DNA of 64,000 bases from a bacterium (GTDB lineage: Bacteria > Actinomycetota > Acidimicrobiia > Spongiisociales > Spongiisociaceae): positions 19,770-83,769 of the forward strand of contig JAPOQZ010000082.1 of NCBI GenBank assembly GCA_026710435.1, given 5' to 3'. Position 1 is the stretch's first letter. Every line of letters starts with the position of its first letter. This document shows, piece after piece, positions 61,760 through 64,000 of the stretch. The notes beneath the pieces are model-generated. The model worked only from the letters and a program-made list of their open reading frames with translations. It did not search any database and had not been told where the DNA came from. Both the position numbers and the translations under genes were made by a program.

Positions 61760-62683
61760 ATGCCCGCCATGTCCCAGGAACACGTACATGCCGCGGTGGT
61801 GCAAGCAGCTTCGGTCGCCTTCGATCCGCAGAAGACGCTTACCAAGGCAACCGAGCTGGCCACCAAGGCCGCCGCTCAGGGGGCCGATCTGATCCTGTTT
61901 CCAGAGGCTTTCCTTTCGGGGTATCCGAGGGGTATGGGCTTTGACACTGTGGTCGGGGCCCGAACCGAGAAGTCCCGGGATCTTTTCCTCGACTACTGGA
62001 ATTCGGCCATCGAGATTCCAGGCCCGGAGAACGATCACCTAGCCGCACTGGCAGCCGATCTGAGTGCATACCTGGTCATGGGATGCGTCGAGCGAGACGG
62101 GGGGACTCTTTACTGCACCATCCTCTACTACTCACCCGACCAAGGCCTGCTGGGGAAGCATCGCAAGGTGATGCCCACCGCTAGCGAAAGGCTCATCTGG
62201 GGATACGGCGACGGCTCCGACCTCGACGTGTACCAGACACCGATCGGGAACCTCGGAGGGGCGGTCTGCTGGGAGAACTACATGCCGCTGCTGCGCATGA
62301 GCCTGTACCAGCAGGACATCCAGATCTGGTGCGCGCCTACTGCCGATGCCCGCGACAGCTGGACAGCCTCGATGCGACACATCGCCGTCGAGGGACGATG
62401 CTTCGTGCTGGGCGCCAACCAGTATGCAACCCGGTCCGACTATCCGGAGAGCTACGACTCGGTCTTCGGCGATGACCCCGAGACGCTCGTCACGCGGGGA
62501 GCGAGCTGCATCGTCGATCCGTTCGGCCGGCTTCTGGCCGGCCCGCACACCGACGGCGAAACGATCCTCCTGGCAGAACTCGACCTGCGGGACACGGTAC
62601 GCGGAAGGTTCGACCTCGACGTCGCTGGTCACTACTCGCGAGGCGAAATCTTCGAGATGAGGGTCCGAACCCGCCCCGCCTAA
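61760..62683 (+). CDS. Nitrilase (branch 1 nitrilase-like CN hydrolase)
   Basis: FPEAFLSGYP (Glu), HRKVMPT (Lys) and GGAVCWENYMP (Cys) form the catalytic triad. The SD is GGAGAGAGG. Confidence 0.9.
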   Translation: MPAMSQEHVHAAVVQAASVAFDPQKTLTKATELATKAAAQGADLILFPEAFLSGYPRGMGFDTVVGARTEKSRDLFLDYWNSAIEIPGPENDHLAALAADLSAYLVMGCVERDGGTLYCTILYYSPDQGLLGKHRKVMPTASERLIWGYGDGSDLDVYQTPIGNLGGAVCWENYMPLLRMSLYQQDIQIWCAPTADARDSWTASMRHIAVEGRCFVLGANQYATRSDYPESYDSVFGDDPETLVTRGASCIVDPFGRLLAGPHTDGETILLAELDLRDTVRGRFDLDVAGHYSRGEIFEMRVRTRPA

Positions 62684-62701
62684 CTGCTGACTCGTCCGGC
62701 G

Positions 62702-62808
62702 CTAGGCGGGTGCTGAACAATGACGATTGCTCGGGCCTGCCGCCCGCCGGCCCAGGCATTTTGCCGGCGGTTGGCAGGCCGCTGGTGGATTGCTCAGCAC
62801 CCTCCTAG
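62702..62808 (-). repeat. MITE-like palindromic repeat, copy 4 (inverted orientation)
   Basis: Its reverse complement aligns with copies 2 and 3. It lies between convergent genes, and its terminus contains the stop codon of the D-aminoacylase gene. Confidence 0.85.
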
Positions 62809-64000
62809 GCGGAACGTTTCAGGACCTGGCCGGGCCGGGCGCCGTTGTGGGTTCCTTGCTCGACGACCCGCGTGCCGTTGACCCAGACTCCGTGTATCCC
62901 CGCGGGAAACCGGTGGGGTGCTTCGTAGGTTCCCAGGTCGACGATCTCCTGCGGATCGAACAGGACGAGATCGGCGATGGCGCCCGGTCTGATGACCCCG
63001 CGGTCGGCCAGGCCGAAGACGTGTGCCGGGCGTCCGGTCATCTTGTGAACCGCCTGTTCGATGGTGAGCAGCCCGAGATCCCGGCCGTAGCGGCCGATGA
63101 CCCTGGCAAACGTTCCGTAGAGACGTGGATGGGGCGTACCGTCCAATGTGGGAACACCGTCACTGCCGACCATTATGTCAGGACGGGCCACAGCCGTCCG
63201 GACGTCTTCCTCGGACATCATGTGTAGTACGACGGTCGCGTTTGGCTCTGCCTCGAGGACAACCCCACCCACCTCCGAGGGAACGACACCCAGTCCGTCC
63301 GCCAGATCGGCGAGGGAGCGGCCGTGCCACTCGGGGTGGTCTTTCGTCGACGCGATCACGACCGTCTCGGGCGAGGTGTTCCTGATGCCGCCGTCGACTA
63401 CCGCCGCCAGCCCGGTACTCCCGGCCGTGTACGGATAGTGGTCGGCGGTGACCGTAGGACCCGCCCGGTCGATCCGGGCCAGGGCGTCGCTGACCTTGCC
63501 GAAGTTGCGGTTCCCGGCCACCTTCAGATGCGAGATCACCACCGGCGCACAGGCCGCCTGCCCGATCGCGATGGCCTCGTCCACAGCCTCGATCAGCCGG
63601 TCGCCCTCGTCGCGTATGTGCGACGCGTAGACACCCCCTGTCTCGCCCACCGGGCTGGCAACTTGGGCTATTTCTTCCGTAGTGGCGTACCTTCCCGGCT
63701 CGTACACCAACCCGGTCGACACACCGACGCACCCGGCTTCCAGAGCCTTGCTGACCAGGCTGGACATCTCGCCGATCTGGGCCGGGCTCGGATCGGCGGG
63801 ACCTCGTCCTGCAACGCCCTCCCGTATCGTCCCGTGACCGGCCAGTGCAGCTACGTTCACCGAGGCCGGAGAGGCGTCCATGTAGTCGAAGTAATCCTGG
63901 AAGTCCTTCCACTCCGGCAGTTCCGCGTCACCATGGACCATGCGCACGAAGAACTCGTTCCAGCGCCGGGGCGCCGCCCCGATCCCGCAATTGCCGACCA
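62805..64000 (-). CDS. D-aminoacylase / N-acyl-D-amino-acid deacylase family amidohydrolase (5' end beyond the window)
   Basis: YASHIRDEG, VVISHLKV and the late GSDG are present. The frame stays open to base 64000 and reads ...VGNCGIGAAP, the GNCG motif of the family. Confidence 0.85.
   Translation of the reverse strand, partial: VGNCGIGAAPRRWNEFFVRMVHGDAELPEWKDFQDYFDYMDASPASVNVAALAGHGTIREGVAGRGPADPSPAQIGEMSSLVSKALEAGCVGVSTGLVYEPGRYATTEEIAQVASPVGETGGVYASHIRDEGDRLIEAVDEAIAIGQAACAPVVISHLKVAGNRNFGKVSDALARIDRAGPTVTADHYPYTAGSTGLAAVVDGGIRNTSPETVVIASTKDHPEWHGRSLADLADGLGVVPSEVGGVVLEAEPNATVVLHMMSEEDVRTAVARPDIMVGSDGVPTLDGTPHPRLYGTFARVIGRYGRDLGLLTIEQAVHKMTGRPAHVFGLADRGVIRPGAIADLVLFDPQEIVDLGTYEAPHRFPAGIHGVWVNGTRVVEQGTHNGARPGQVLKRSA

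Overview
This is a high-G+C, Actinobacteria-like chromosomal segment with very high GC3 in the credible ORFs and many 4-bp start/stop overlaps. I saw no rRNA, tRNA or CRISPR array. Most of the window is a catabolic supercluster rich in C-N bond hydrolases and their partners: two nitrilases, an amidase-signature enzyme, three metal amidohydrolases, a dihydroorotase/hydantoinase-like enzyme, HyuA/HyuB, two M20 enzymes and a D-aminoacylase. These sit with three luciferase-like (LLM) oxidoreductases, two Mo-hydroxylase sets, two tandem TPP-dependent E1 alpha/beta pairs, two NitT/TauT-type ABC importers, two MFS transporters and one GntR regulator. The left edge carries part of a corrinoid methyltransferase module (RACo-like activase plus a pterin-binding methyltransferase). 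Small, visibly lower-GC insertions interrupt this backbone. (i) A mazEF pair lies next to an islet encoding a 461-aa protein whose N-terminus matches the proteasome-beta/HslV Thr1-Asp17-Lys pattern. That islet also has a tiny overlapping ORF with a strong SD and a near-consensus promoter, and it is my best candidate for an undescribed system. (ii) A second mazEF cassette is bracketed by about 190-bp direct repeats that duplicate the 3' end of a rhodanese gene. (iii) There are two decayed TA loci: dinJ with a broken yafQ, and an XRE/HipB-like gene with a truncated HipA. Two non-coding repeat families are present. One is a roughly 108-bp MITE-like palindromic element in four copies. The other is a roughly 160-bp repeat in two direct copies that bracket the E1-E1-Mo subunit module. 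A TGTATAC-type operator-like motif recurs in five promoter regions. All calls come from reading the sequence and ORF translations by eye. Start codons are approximate, family assignments are motif recall rather than database searches, and GC statements are qualitative.
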